Assembly: GCA_051971635.1 (NCBI GenBank)
Contig: JBFPLN010000001.1
Span: forward strand, 160,001-224,000
Direction: 5' to 3'
Source of the DNA: Candidatus Atelocyanobacterium thalassae
GTDB lineage: Bacteria > Cyanobacteriota > Cyanobacteriia > Cyanobacteriales > Microcystaceae
Length of the DNA stretch: 64,000 nucleotides
The position numbers and the translations under genes are program-made. Shown in pieces: positions 1 through 10,237 of the stretch (position 1 is its first letter; each line of letters begins with the position of its first letter). A model generated the notes under the pieces. The model was not told the DNA's origin and did not search any database. It saw only the letters and a list, made by a program, of their open reading frames with translations.

Positions 1-169
1 ACTACTATCCCAGGTTTTATTTGCGACTTTTTTTGGAGTCTTAGGATTTCTATTGTCTACACCTTTAACAGTAATAATTTCAGTGCTGGTAAAAGAAATT
101 ATAGTTAGAGATATTTTAGATAAATGGGGCCTAAGCTATCGTTTCAAGAATAATAGACACAAGGCTTGA
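1..169 (+). CDS. AI-2E family transporter, C-terminal part (truncated by window start)
   Basis: Frame from nt 2 reads LLSQVLFATFFGVLGFLLSTPLTVIISVLVKEIIVRDILDKW...*, matching the C-terminus of the AI-2E paralogue at 52955-54004 (QIFFAQFFGVLGLLLALPLTVVAKTWIEEILFKDILDPW). Confidence 0.8.
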   Translation, partial: LLSQVLFATFFGVLGFLLSTPLTVIISVLVKEIIVRDILDKWGLSYRFKNNRHKA

Positions 170-305
170 AGAACTGTTTTGAGTAAATCTTTTATGTACA
201 AAACTTTTAAAAACTACAGAGATAGAGTTTTTAAAAAAGTTTATCTATTAGTAATATAAGTTTAATTTTTACTTTGTTTATTTTTAACGACTAGTAACTA
301 ATCTT

Positions 306-1097
306 CTAAAATGCAGCCGTTCCTTTTCCTTGAAACATTATCCATGATAGAAAGAAATTAATAATAAAGACAGCAAGCAAAGATGTAACAACTGCTGTAG
401 TAGTAGATTGTCCTACTCCTTTTGCTCCTCCACTTGTAGTTAAACCCCAACTACAGCCAATTACAGCAATTAAGCCTCCAAAGGTAATAGCTTTAATAAT
501 AGAAGTTATTAAATCCCAAAGTTCGAGGAAATTACGGACTGATGTAAGAAAAACATAAACAGATATATCATATAAACCATTAGCGATGAGCAATCCACCT
601 GCCATACCAGTTATTAAGGAAAGAATATTGAGTATGGGCAACATTAAACAGCAGGCTAAAACTCGTGGAACAACTAGGTAACTTATAGGATCTGTTTTTA
701 GCATATACAATGCATCAACCTGTTCGGTAACACGCATAGTTCCTATTTCAGCGGCAAAGGCAGATCCAACACGACCAGCAACCACGACAGCAGTTAAAAC
801 AGGAGCTAATTCTCTAGTTAATGCTAATGCTAAAACACCTCCAACTGTCGATACCGCACCAAAACTTATGAATTCTCTAGCTACTTGAATAGTAAATACC
901 ATACCCACAAAAGCAGCAGTTATCACCGAAATTGTGAGTGATTCTGGACCTACAACACTCATTTGCTCTAATGTGTTTCGCTTATGTATTTTAGCTCTTA
1001 AAATATGAAAAAAAACTTGTCCACCTAAAAGAATAGCTGCTATTAACCTCTCAAACCAAATATTTAGCCCTTTACGAGAATGTGTCAAGTTTGCCAT
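306..1097 (-). CDS. mlaE: MlaE/Ycf63/TGD1-type lipid ABC transporter permease
   Basis: RELAPVLTAVVVAGRVGSAFAAEIGTMRVTEQVDAL and GGAKGVGQSTT motifs. Confidence 0.92.
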   Translation of the reverse strand: MANLTHSRKGLNIWFERLIAAILLGGQVFFHILRAKIHKRNTLEQMSVVGPESLTISVITAAFVGMVFTIQVAREFISFGAVSTVGGVLALALTRELAPVLTAVVVAGRVGSAFAAEIGTMRVTEQVDALYMLKTDPISYLVVPRVLACCLMLPILNILSLITGMAGGLLIANGLYDISVYVFLTSVRNFLELWDLITSIIKAITFGGLIAVIGCSWGLTTSGGAKGVGQSTTTAVVTSLLAVFIINFFLSWIMFQGKGTAAF

Positions 1098-1265
1098 TAC
1101 TGTTCATCTCTATTTTCTTATTTAGTTATGTTTTAAATTTATAATTGTGTCTGATATAAATGAATGTTTAACTATAATTTTGATTAAATAATAAAGTCTT
1201 AACTATCAAAATTATTGATTACTTTTCTAATATACTAGCTTTTACTTATCATTTTTAATAATGGC

Positions 1266-1826
1266 TTAAATATTTTTTCTTAGTTTTTCTAATTCATTAT
1301 CTAGTTCCCAACGTTGGAAATCATTTTCTAAAGAATCAGAAGCTTTTTTAAAGTTATTTTCTTTAATGTTTTGCTTTTCATCAGTGAAATAGTCAGGGTT
1401 TGCTTCATCAGCTTTAAATTCTATTTTCTTAGCTTTAATTTCTTGCCTTCTCTTCGTAATTTGACTTAGCAAAGTTTTACTTTGAAGAATCTTTTGTTTT
1501 GCCTTTTCCATTTTTTCCCACAGTTGGGTTCCCTGTTGTACTAATAATAATTCTCTTTCTTGAGAAGCTTTTGATAAATCCAAACGTTTTGCCAATTTTG
1601 CTTTCAAGGTTCTACGGTGCCATACTTTAACTTCTTCGGCTAGAGATATGATCTTATTTTCAAGATTTTTTTTCTCTTCTTGGTTTTCTGTAATTAACTT
1701 AAGAGTTTGTTCTTCTTGTTCTCTTAATTGTTCAGAAAGATACTGTAATTCTAAATTAGGATTACTTTGAAGAAATTCTTCTAGACGTGTCTCTAAAAAC
1801 TTTCCTAAGTCACTTAATAAATTCAT
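1266..1826 (-). CDS. Cyanobacterial PspA-like coiled-coil protein (TIGR04376-like)
   Basis: FLETRLEEFL...NPNLEL N-terminus, coiled coil, C-terminal LENDFQRWELDNEL. Confidence 0.75.
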   Translation of the reverse strand: MNLLSDLGKFLETRLEEFLQSNPNLELQYLSEQLREQEEQTLKLITENQEEKKNLENKIISLAEEVKVWHRRTLKAKLAKRLDLSKASQERELLLVQQGTQLWEKMEKAKQKILQSKTLLSQITKRRQEIKAKKIEFKADEANPDYFTDEKQNIKENNFKKASDSLENDFQRWELDNELEKLRKNI

Positions 1827-1896
1827 ATGACATCTTTAAATATATTCAGACTGTTTAATTCTAGCAAAATGAAGATAAAAATTTTACGAGAATATA

Positions 1897-2075
1897 ATTT
1901 TAATAGGATATTAAACTATTATATATATTGCAACAAAGCAATATATATAATCTTTGCAAAACTACTTTAAACTAATAAACTATTGAAGATTCTTGCAAAG
2001 ATAAGTTGAAGTATATTTACTACTAAAATTTAATTAAAAATCAGATATTAAATTAATAAAAAAATTAATGACTAA
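1897..2075 (+). pseudogene. thrC: Threonine synthase (thrC) C-terminal remnant
   Basis: Stitched frames read ILIGY*TIIYIATKQYI*SLQNYFKLIN/LKILAKIS*SIFTTKI/IKLIKKLMT versus remembered cyanobacterial ThrC IAIGNPADG..DIARKTNGNIESV.D.EIIEGIKLLAETEGIFTETAGGTTIAVLKKLVE. It lies directly upstream of moaD, the usual thrC-moaD synteny. Confidence 0.65.
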
Positions 2076-2226
2076 AAGTTACTCTTTTTATCAAGAGTCT
2101 AAACGACTTTACAGTATCTAAATATTAATTAATGTCAAGTCAGTCTATAATTTTTCTATTTTTGAAGTATCATTTTTTATAGTAAATAATTTTAAAAATT
2201 ATTCACATCACTAGACTATTTTTTTT

Positions 2227-2502
2227 ATGACTGTAAAAATATTAATTCCTACTTCTCTCCAGAAATATACAAATGATCAGGCTGCTCTGGAGTATGATGT
2301 TGATACGATTGATACTCTAATAAGCGTTATTGCGAGAAACTTTCCTAAAATAAAGAGTCATTTAATCGATGATAATAATAACCTTTATCGATTTCTAAAT
2401 TTTTATGTAAATAATGAAGACATACGATTTCTTGATAATAGACAAACTAAGTTAAAAGATGGAGATGAAGTCAGTATCATTTCAGCAATTGCTGGAGGTT
2501 GA
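2227..2502 (+). CDS. MoaD/ThiS family sulfur carrier protein
   Basis: Ubiquitin-like fold motifs, FYVNNEDIRFL, C-terminal IAGG. Confidence 0.9.
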   Translation: MTVKILIPTSLQKYTNDQAALEYDVDTIDTLISVIARNFPKIKSHLIDDNNNLYRFLNFYVNNEDIRFLDNRQTKLKDGDEVSIISAIAGG

Positions 2503-2791
2503 AGATTAAAATTTATATGCGAATGATTATGGTCATATTTGGGCATAGAATGTACGTATTAAAACTACTATATTTAAATTTTAGGACAATCTATGAGTGC
2601 TAACACATGGTTGTTCTTCTTAATTATTAGACCTTTACGCATTCTCAATAATATTTTGTAAAATAAGGAAACTATCTCTAATAAAAAAACCTTAAACTTG
2701 CATTTTTTTTAAAAAGTCTTATTTATAATGTTAGCAAACAAATAGGCTGAATCAATATAAAAAATAAAAACTATTATTAAATTATTTATAA

Positions 2792-2839
2792 ATATCAGTA
2801 GAGACACATTATAGATTTACGATGTGTCTCTACTGATAT
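2792..2839. repeat. Perfect 18-bp inverted repeat, 12-nt loop, with GTAGAGAC...GTCTCTAC core
   Basis: ATATCAGTAGAGACACAT (2792-2809) / ATGTGTCTCTACTGATAT (2822-2839). Confidence 0.85.
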
Positions 2840-2944
2840 GAGAACTTAATATGAGAAAATGAGTTTTAATCTATTTTAAAACTTTATATAATTGATATAG
2901 TTTTAATTATCTTTTAAACTTTATAATTTAATATAATCTTATCC

Positions 2945-4705
2945 ATGCTTTCCCTACTACACATTGAAAACTTTGCCTTAATTGATAACTTAACTGTTAA
3001 TTTTAGTAATGGTTTAAATGTCTTAACAGGAGAAACTGGTACTGGAAAATCTATAATCTTAGATGCAATTGATATTGTTTTAGGTGGAAAAACAAATCAG
3101 CGTTTAATTCGAATAAAAACACAGCATGTTTTTATAGAGGCAACATTTCAAGCTAACTTTTTTATTTCAGAATTATTACAAGAAAGCAAGATTAATTCTC
3201 GACAAGATAAAAAAATAGTATTTTCTAGAGAATTTTCTCTATCCGGAAAAACTGTTAGATCACGTTTCCGTATTAATGGAATTTTAGTTAAATTACAGTT
3301 AATTAAGCAATTACGTAATTTTCTAATAGAGATAACTGCTCAAGACAGATTTTCACTACTAACAGATTCTATTAAACAGAGAGAGTTATTAGACTCATAT
3401 GGATATAAATTTATATTTAAAAAAAAGGAATTGGTAAAATCTAACTATGAAAATGTTCAAAATCTGGAAAGAAATCTTAATAAATATAAAGACTCTCGAA
3501 TAGAATATTTGAAACGTTTAACCTTATTAAGAAATCAATTCAAAGAACTACAAGAAATTAAGTTATCTGATAAAGACGAGTTAGAAATCTTACAAAAAGA
3601 ATATGATCGCCTTTCCCATTCTGTAGAACTACAAAGTTTTAGCTATCAAATTTTTGAGTTGCTTTATCAAAATGAAAACGAAATACCTGCAGTTATAGAT
3701 TGTTTGGGTACGATAGAAGCTTTATTCCTTAAAATGATGGAATATGATGATAGTGTTCAATCATTAGTAGAAATGCTAAGGTCTGTATCGACTCAAGTTA
3801 TCGAAATAGGACAAGAAATTAATAGGTATGGATATAATTTAGATACTGAACCTCAAAGACTAAAAGAATTAGAAAACAGAATTTATCTCATTAGGCAATT
3901 TTGCCGAAAATATAATATAAACTCTGACGATTTAATTGATTACCATAAAAAAATAATATTAGAATTAAGCGATTTGGAGGACTATGACAAGTCCATAGAA
4001 AATTTAGAAAAAGAACTTTTTACTTCTAGAAAGCAGTTATTAGATAGTTGTCAAAAATTAACTACGCTACGCAAAAAAGCTGCAAAAGAATTAGAGAAGA
4101 AACTAATTGAAGAGCTGAAATCTTTATCAATGGGAAAAATAATTTTTAATTGTAAAATAAGTCCCTCTTCTATTAGTACTCATGGAAATAATAAAGTCGA
4201 TTTCTACTTTAGTCCTAATGAAGGAGAAAAGATGCAACTTTTATCTCGTACTGCATCAGGTGGAGAAATGAGTCGCTTTTTGCTAGCATTAAAGGCTTGT
4301 TTTATTAAATCTGAACAATGTACAAGATCATTAATATTTGATGAAATAGATGCTGGCATTTCTGGAAGGATAGTACAAGTAATTGCTGAAAAACTTCATA
4401 ACTTAAGTACTTATCATCAGGTTTTATGTGTTACTCATCAGCCAATGGTTGCAGCCATGGCTACAAGTCATTTTCATGTAGAAAAACATGTTATTGAAGA
4501 AGAATTGATAATTGAAAACCAAAACAATAAAATATCAAAAGTATTAGAATCTAGAACGGTTGTAAGAGTTAAAAAGTTGGATAGTGTTAAAGATAGGAAA
4601 CAAGAATTAGCTAAATTAACAGGAGGTAATTCTTCAGAAAATGCAATGAACTTTGTTGAATCATTGCTAATTCGAGCTGATTCTTATCGTTCAAATAAAC
4701 AATAA
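2945..4705 (+). CDS. recN: DNA repair protein RecN
   Basis: LTGETGTGKS Walker A, ASGGEMSR signature, FDEIDAGISG, CVTHQP. Confidence 0.95.
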   Translation: MLSLLHIENFALIDNLTVNFSNGLNVLTGETGTGKSIILDAIDIVLGGKTNQRLIRIKTQHVFIEATFQANFFISELLQESKINSRQDKKIVFSREFSLSGKTVRSRFRINGILVKLQLIKQLRNFLIEITAQDRFSLLTDSIKQRELLDSYGYKFIFKKKELVKSNYENVQNLERNLNKYKDSRIEYLKRLTLLRNQFKELQEIKLSDKDELEILQKEYDRLSHSVELQSFSYQIFELLYQNENEIPAVIDCLGTIEALFLKMMEYDDSVQSLVEMLRSVSTQVIEIGQEINRYGYNLDTEPQRLKELENRIYLIRQFCRKYNINSDDLIDYHKKIILELSDLEDYDKSIENLEKELFTSRKQLLDSCQKLTTLRKKAAKELEKKLIEELKSLSMGKIIFNCKISPSSISTHGNNKVDFYFSPNEGEKMQLLSRTASGGEMSRFLLALKACFIKSEQCTRSLIFDEIDAGISGRIVQVIAEKLHNLSTYHQVLCVTHQPMVAAMATSHFHVEKHVIEEELIIENQNNKISKVLESRTVVRVKKLDSVKDRKQELAKLTGGNSSENAMNFVESLLIRADSYRSNKQ

Positions 4706-4824
4706 ATCCTAATTGATTTGTAGTGTTTTAACTAAAAGAGATTATCATAACTATATTTGCATAAATTATTTTTGACATATTTTTACTATAACCATACGAA
4801 ACTATACACTAAGCTGTAAATAAA

Positions 4825-5955
4825 ATGATTGATGAAAATGTAGAATGTTCTGATCATCCTCTAGCAGAATATATTAATCGTTTAGAAAATAATGATACTC
4901 TCCTTACTGATTCACCACAGAATGTTATTGAAGTTGTGGGAATATTAAAAAGTTACGGAATTATTTTAGACTCGTATTCTCAAAATTTAAACTATATAGC
5001 AAGTCATCAGGTTTTAATCTTTTTTCCACTTTTTAAATACTTTAATGGAAAAATATCTTTTAAGAAAATATTAAGACATTTAAAGCATCAGCGTATCAAC
5101 TATGAATATGCAGAATACTGTGTAAGAACTATGATGTGGCATGGCGGTGGAGGTTTAGATATTTATCTAGATAGTGAAGAATTTATAGAAAATGTGAATA
5201 ATTTAATTTCAACTAAATTCAAATATAATTTATTGATTAAGATACTCCATAAAATCTTTCCTGAATTTTTTATAGAACAAATGAGAATGATGGTCTACTA
5301 CAAATGTTTAGGTGAATTTTGGAAAGAGATGTCTCATATTTTTTCATGTCTTTCTGATAACTATGATCGGTATGAAATCCAATCTATTCCTGACATTGTT
5401 GAACATATTCTAGATAATCTTAAAGAAAAAGCACATCAATCTATTTGTTATGAAGTTGAAATAAAAAACCAGAAATTTACAATCATACCAAAGCTAGCAA
5501 ATCTGAAGTTATTCCAAGATGTTGTTATTCCTTATGCAGAATCTATTTTCTTCAGAGGAACACCATTTCCAGGCACTGTTTCTTATAATGCTCAAGCGTA
5601 TCAAATTCCTTCAGAAAAATCTTCTTTTACATACGGAATATTATATGCAGATCCCCTTCCTACAGGTGGAGCAGGCATACCTCCAACTTTATTAATGAAA
5701 GATATTAGTCGCCATATACCTGACTATCTTCATAGTGTTTATTCTCAAACTATTCGTCAAGAGGATGTTCTGTTGGTACAAATCTGTAAAAGTTTTCAAA
5801 AATCTATGTTTTGTGTAACAACAGCTGCAATTAAAGGCCTAGCACCGTATTCGCTAAGTACCACTAATATTGAACAAAAAAAGCAAAATAGAATCTTTTT
5901 AAAGAAATGGATGAATCGCTTTCAGTATTCACAGATTTCAATTATTAATGATTAA
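4825..5955 (+). CDS. cupB: CO2 hydration protein CupB/ChpX (NDH-1 associated)
   Basis: RINYEYAEYC..MMWHGGGGLD, FFRGTPFPGTVSYNAQA, GAGIPPTLLM; 376 aa fits CupB rather than the longer CupA. Confidence 0.85.
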   Translation: MIDENVECSDHPLAEYINRLENNDTLLTDSPQNVIEVVGILKSYGIILDSYSQNLNYIASHQVLIFFPLFKYFNGKISFKKILRHLKHQRINYEYAEYCVRTMMWHGGGGLDIYLDSEEFIENVNNLISTKFKYNLLIKILHKIFPEFFIEQMRMMVYYKCLGEFWKEMSHIFSCLSDNYDRYEIQSIPDIVEHILDNLKEKAHQSICYEVEIKNQKFTIIPKLANLKLFQDVVIPYAESIFFRGTPFPGTVSYNAQAYQIPSEKSSFTYGILYADPLPTGGAGIPPTLLMKDISRHIPDYLHSVYSQTIRQEDVLLVQICKSFQKSMFCVTTAAIKGLAPYSLSTTNIEQKKQNRIFLKKWMNRFQYSQISIIND

Positions 5956-6101
5956 CAAAATAATTATTTTATATATTTCACCGAAAAATAGATATTTCAA
6001 AAGTAATAATTTAGTCTACAGTAAAGATAATTAAAATTAAGGCTTTATTATTTGAAGCAAAACATTTAATATAGAAGGTGAGGTCATTAACACTTTTTAC
6101 C

Positions 6102-6356
6102 ATGAATATTGCAGATATTATTACCACACTTTCTTGGGATACACTCTTAGCAGCATTAACTTATTTAGCCTTAGGTATTTCATATCTCTTATTAGTACCA
6201 GGTTTAATGTATATCTATCTTAAAAGTCGTTGGTATGTAGCGAGTTCCATTGAAAGAACTTTTATGTATTCTTTAGTATTTTTCTTTTTCCCAGGAATGC
6301 TTCTTTTAAGTCCTTTCTTGAATTTCCGTCCAAAGCGTCGTCAATTAAATGTATAA
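6102..6356 (+). CDS. ndhL: NAD(P)H-quinone oxidoreductase subunit L
   Basis: [38 protein letters not shown] at 6102 preferred over GTG at 6078. Confidence 0.92.
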   Translation: MNIADIITTLSWDTLLAALTYLALGISYLLLVPGLMYIYLKSRWYVASSIERTFMYSLVFFFFPGMLLLSPFLNFRPKRRQLNV

Positions 6357-6386
6357 GTTCAAGAATACATATATTTCTAAATTATT

Positions 6387-6683
6387 ATGAGACGAATTGA
6401 TGTAATTTTTATTAGCCTACTTTCTTTTGCTGGAGGAGGATTCATTTATCTCGCGTTTAGATTAATTGGTTTTGATAACTTATCGGCTGGGATATGGAGT
6501 CAAATGCTCTTAGTATTAGGTTTAGTAGGTTGGACCTCGACTTATCTGTTTAGGGTTGCTAATAAGAAAATGACCTATAATCAGCAATTAAAAAACTATG
6601 AAGATGCTGTACTTCAAAAATATATTGAAGAAATGACTCCTGAAGAGCTTGAAGAATTAGAGAGAGAAATTGAGAATGAGTGA
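6387..6683 (+). CDS. DUF3007 family membrane protein
   Basis: MRRIDV..AGIWSQ..GWTSTYLFRV..MTYNQQ; follows ndhL as is typical. Confidence 0.85.
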   Translation: MRRIDVIFISLLSFAGGGFIYLAFRLIGFDNLSAGIWSQMLLVLGLVGWTSTYLFRVANKKMTYNQQLKNYEDAVLQKYIEEMTPEELEELEREIENE

Positions 6684-6880
6684 AAATTTTGTGTAAAATC
6701 TTAATAGTTACAAAGTTTAAATTCTTTTTAACAAGAAAGACCACAATATTACACGAAAGCTATAAATTTATATTGTTAATTAATAAAAATATAAATTTAT
6801 TATTAATAATATTATTCTCATACCAAAAAAATTTCAAATCTTAGAATATATAAGTCTAAACTACAGTCTTCTCTTCTTGA

Positions 6881-7120
6881 AAAATTAAGTTTGAGAACAT
6901 TTTAAAAATAGTAGAGACATATCTTTTAGTTGTATTGAAATGAAAATTGTTTACAATGATATGATTCTATTATTTCTATAATTAATTATTTATAAGCAAA
7001 AATATTTTTCTATAATACTCTTAATCTATGAAAACCATTTCCTACAAGGGGATTAACATGTTTTTAAAGTTTAAAGTTGTCAATTCCTAAAATATTTTAA
7101 GATAATATCAACTAGAATAA
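6881..7120 (+). pseudogene. trpA: Tryptophan synthase alpha chain (trpA) remnant
   Basis: 6881-6919 KIKFENILKIVET ~ TrpA GVKLEDVLEIVK; 7009-7069 SIILLIYEN[frameshift]ISYKGINMFLK ~ PIILFTYYNPIFYRGIxxFL; 7109-7120 QLE* ~ PLEE. Position fits ndhL-DUF3007-trpA synteny. Confidence 0.65.
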
Positions 7121-7371
7121 CTAAAGTTTTTATTCTTAAAATATATTTACATAGCTCATTTAAAATACTATATTTTATATGTACAAATTAATTATTTATA
7201 AAGATTATTAGACTAATTGTGATATTGACTATCATCAGTTTCACAATATATGTTTTAAATTTATCTATAATGTTATCTAGTTAATTAGATATTAATTAGT
7301 GAAGAAATTATAATTTAATAAACAACTATTTTTCTCTTAAAACGAAATACATAATAATATTTTAGGAATCA

Positions 7372-8310
7372 ATGGATTACAAAGACTACTACAAAATTCT
7401 TGACATCAATAAAAATGCAAACGAAAACGAAATTAAAAAAGCTTTCCGTAAACTTGCTGTAAAATACCATCCTGATAGAAATCCTGGTAACAAAAAGGCT
7501 GAAGAATATTTTAAAAAAATTAGTGAAGCTTATGAGGTATTATCTGATTCTGAACAGCGAAAACAATATGATAAATTAAAAGAACCTTATAAGAACTCAA
7601 GCCATTCTTATGGTCAAAGTAATATCAAAAAAAATCAAGAGCATGCTAAAACAAATAGTCTTGATTTAAGTAAATATAGTAGTTTTGAAGATTTTATAAG
7701 TGATTTATTTGGTTATACTTCAACTAATAAAGCAACTAAAACTAAAGCTAATAATCAACCTTCAAATGAAGTTAACGATGAAACTATCCCATTTGAACAA
7801 GAAACGACGTTACATCTCACATATTCAGAAGGATTTTACGGAACACAAAAACGACTTAATTTAGGTAATAAGATTATCAATGTTCGTATTCCTTCAGGTG
7901 CTAAAACTGGCAGCCGTATTAAAATTAGACAGAATAATGATAAACATGAACAAGATTTTTATCTTAATATTCAGTTAACTCCTCATTCTTTCTTTAGTTT
8001 TGAAGCGGACAGCCTCGTTTGTGAAATACCTATTACTTTTGATGAAGCTATATTAGGTACGACTATAGATGTACCTACACCAGATGGTTTGGTAGCTGTC
8101 AAGGTTCCCTCTGGTATACGAAGTGGTACATGCCTAAGACTTCGAGGAAAAGGCTGGATTCACCCTAAAAACAATAGAGGAGATCAATTGGTAAAAATAA
8201 CAATTGATACTCCTCAGAATGTTAATAGTATAGAGAAAGAATACTATAAAAAAATATTTGATAACAGAAATTATAATCCTAGATCTAATATAAAGGATAT
8301 TAAATTGTAA
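7372..8310 (+). CDS. DnaJ class II / CbpA-like chaperone
   Basis: J domain with HPD, no Zn finger, DnaJ C-terminal domain (LRLRGKG, RGDQLV). Confidence 0.9.
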   Translation: MDYKDYYKILDINKNANENEIKKAFRKLAVKYHPDRNPGNKKAEEYFKKISEAYEVLSDSEQRKQYDKLKEPYKNSSHSYGQSNIKKNQEHAKTNSLDLSKYSSFEDFISDLFGYTSTNKATKTKANNQPSNEVNDETIPFEQETTLHLTYSEGFYGTQKRLNLGNKIINVRIPSGAKTGSRIKIRQNNDKHEQDFYLNIQLTPHSFFSFEADSLVCEIPITFDEAILGTTIDVPTPDGLVAVKVPSGIRSGTCLRLRGKGWIHPKNNRGDQLVKITIDTPQNVNSIEKEYYKKIFDNRNYNPRSNIKDIKL

Positions 8311-8433
8311 GTATTGCTAAGATAGATTCCTCTGAACTATTCAATTTTATTTAGCTAGTTCTAAAAAGTATATTAGATATTTGCCTAGGAAAAATCTTTA
8401 AGAACTAGTAAATACTCAGTCATTCCTTCTTTA

Positions 8434-8507
<74 letters not shown>

Positions 8508-8564
8508 TTGCTTTGCATAAACAATCATAACACTAAGTTATCAAAATAGCAACTTTTTTTTTAA

Positions 8565-9518
8565 TTAAACCATGGTTAATTCTCCAATCACCTCCAAACG
8601 TTTATGTTTGGTTAAAATAGTGAATGTTTCTGATAAAATTTCAGCTACAGCTGGACTGATCCATCCCATTTGTCGTAATAAATGAATAGCGACTGTATAT
8701 TTAGCCCTTTTAGATCCATCAAGAGCTTTGATAGCTAATCCCATACCTTGTCCTACTTGCCCAACGCATTGAATACCTTCCGCACCTGTTTTACTAACTA
8801 ATTGTCCTTCTGTTAAATGCATTAGCTCTGTATCAAAACTTCCAGATCCAGCTATCATCGCAGGGTAATAGGTCATAGCCCTAAGAATCCGTTCTAAATC
8901 AAGATGATTACCTGAGGCCAACTGAGCATACAAATGAGCCATTTGTGATAGTTTCATAGAATAAGTTGGAACTCCACAGTCATCATGAGCACCAATTAAT
9001 TCTTCTCCCGGTATTTTTAAAAGTTCTCCAATTTTTTTTAAGATCAACTGTTGTATGGGAGATGCTCTTTTTAAATAAGTATTAAGTGACCAATCTCTTC
9101 GCTTGCAGACAGCTAACATTGCTGCATGTTTTCCTGAACAGTTATGGTATAAAGAGCTATTATACCCTTCAGGTATTGGACATTGTAGGGAGTTTGGATC
9201 AATATCTGTCTGCCATAAAATGTTAAAGACTTGTCGCACTTGTTCTATTCTACCCTGATGAGAACTGCAGATAATAGCTAAATCTTTATCATTTAGCTGA
9301 TAGTGTTCTAGCGTCCCTGTTCTGATCACTGCCAAAGCTTGAAACGGTTGAAGTGCAGAACGAACAAAAGCTGTAGTCTCTGCATTACCAGCAACTAATA
9401 GAGTACGTCCACGGTCATCACAAACGGTGGCTTCTACAAGGTGAGTAGATTCAATTATTCCTTCTCGAAGTAAATTAACTTCTACTTTGGGCGCTGAATA
9501 TCTTTTTGCTCTAGTCAT
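8565..9518 (-). CDS. Asparaginase II family protein
   Basis: RSALQPFQA, ICSSHQG, HNCSGKHA, SKTGAEG motifs. Confidence 0.88.
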   Translation of the reverse strand: MTRAKRYSAPKVEVNLLREGIIESTHLVEATVCDDRGRTLLVAGNAETTAFVRSALQPFQALAVIRTGTLEHYQLNDKDLAIICSSHQGRIEQVRQVFNILWQTDIDPNSLQCPIPEGYNSSLYHNCSGKHAAMLAVCKRRDWSLNTYLKRASPIQQLILKKIGELLKIPGEELIGAHDDCGVPTYSMKLSQMAHLYAQLASGNHLDLERILRAMTYYPAMIAGSGSFDTELMHLTEGQLVSKTGAEGIQCVGQVGQGMGLAIKALDGSKRAKYTVAIHLLRQMGWISPAVAEILSETFTILTKHKRLEVIGELTMV

Positions 9519-9736
9519 GAGAAATTAAATTTATGAAGCAAAGACCGTAGTATTTTTTTGAGTAATCACAGTAATTAATTGTAATTAAAGATTGTTGTAA
9601 TTTTTATTCAAGTTAAATTAATTCAGATAACTTGTATAAAGTTCATATCTTTGAAAGTCTCGATTAATTTTCTTTATGGTAAGAATGTAATATTTTTATA
9701 AGCAAGATTTTTACAGTAATTGCTTATCCAAACTAT

Positions 9737-10237
9737 TTAAAAATAAAACCATACCATAACGTGAGTAAATATCATAAAGCTTGATATTTTAATTGCACTA
9801 ACTAGTCTATCTACTATAGGGATAACTTGATAAGACATTATTAAGCGATCACGTACAATCATTTCTGGAGGTTTTATCCAAGTTTGTCCGTCATACCATC
9901 CTGATTCTTCATAAAAAATTGTCTTCTTTTTAAGGCGTCCCTTAATATGATACCAACCCGAAGTTAACTGCAATAAAATTAAAATTAGAAGGACTGCTGC
10001 CCCTAAATCGCTAGATATAATAAATGATAGTAAAAATTCATTAGGAGGAAAACTAGCTGCAGCAAGAGGACTAGAGAAAAGCCATCCAATACTCCATATA
10101 ATAATAATATTGCGTAAGAATAAACGTTTTTCAGAAGTCGCCAAACGAAAAAACCAAGATGTTTTTAGCTCCTCATACTCATTAATAGGTTGTTGTTCAG
10201 ATGGAACAGGACAAACTTTAACAAATTGTTTTCTCAT
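9737..10237 (-). CDS. CGLD27/Ycf36 (DUF1230) family protein
   Basis: CPVPSEQQPINEY, FYEESGWYDGQTWIKP. Confidence 0.9.
   Translation of the reverse strand: MRKQFVKVCPVPSEQQPINEYEELKTSWFFRLATSEKRLFLRNIIIIWSIGWLFSSPLAAASFPPNEFLLSFIISSDLGAAVLLILILLQLTSGWYHIKGRLKKKTIFYEESGWYDGQTWIKPPEMIVRDRLIMSYQVIPIVDRLVSAIKISSFMIFTHVMVWFYF

Noticed and set aside
6911..6920. GTAGAGACAT as a second REP-like copy
   Set aside because: No partner arm, and it is better explained as codons V-E-T within the trpA remnant
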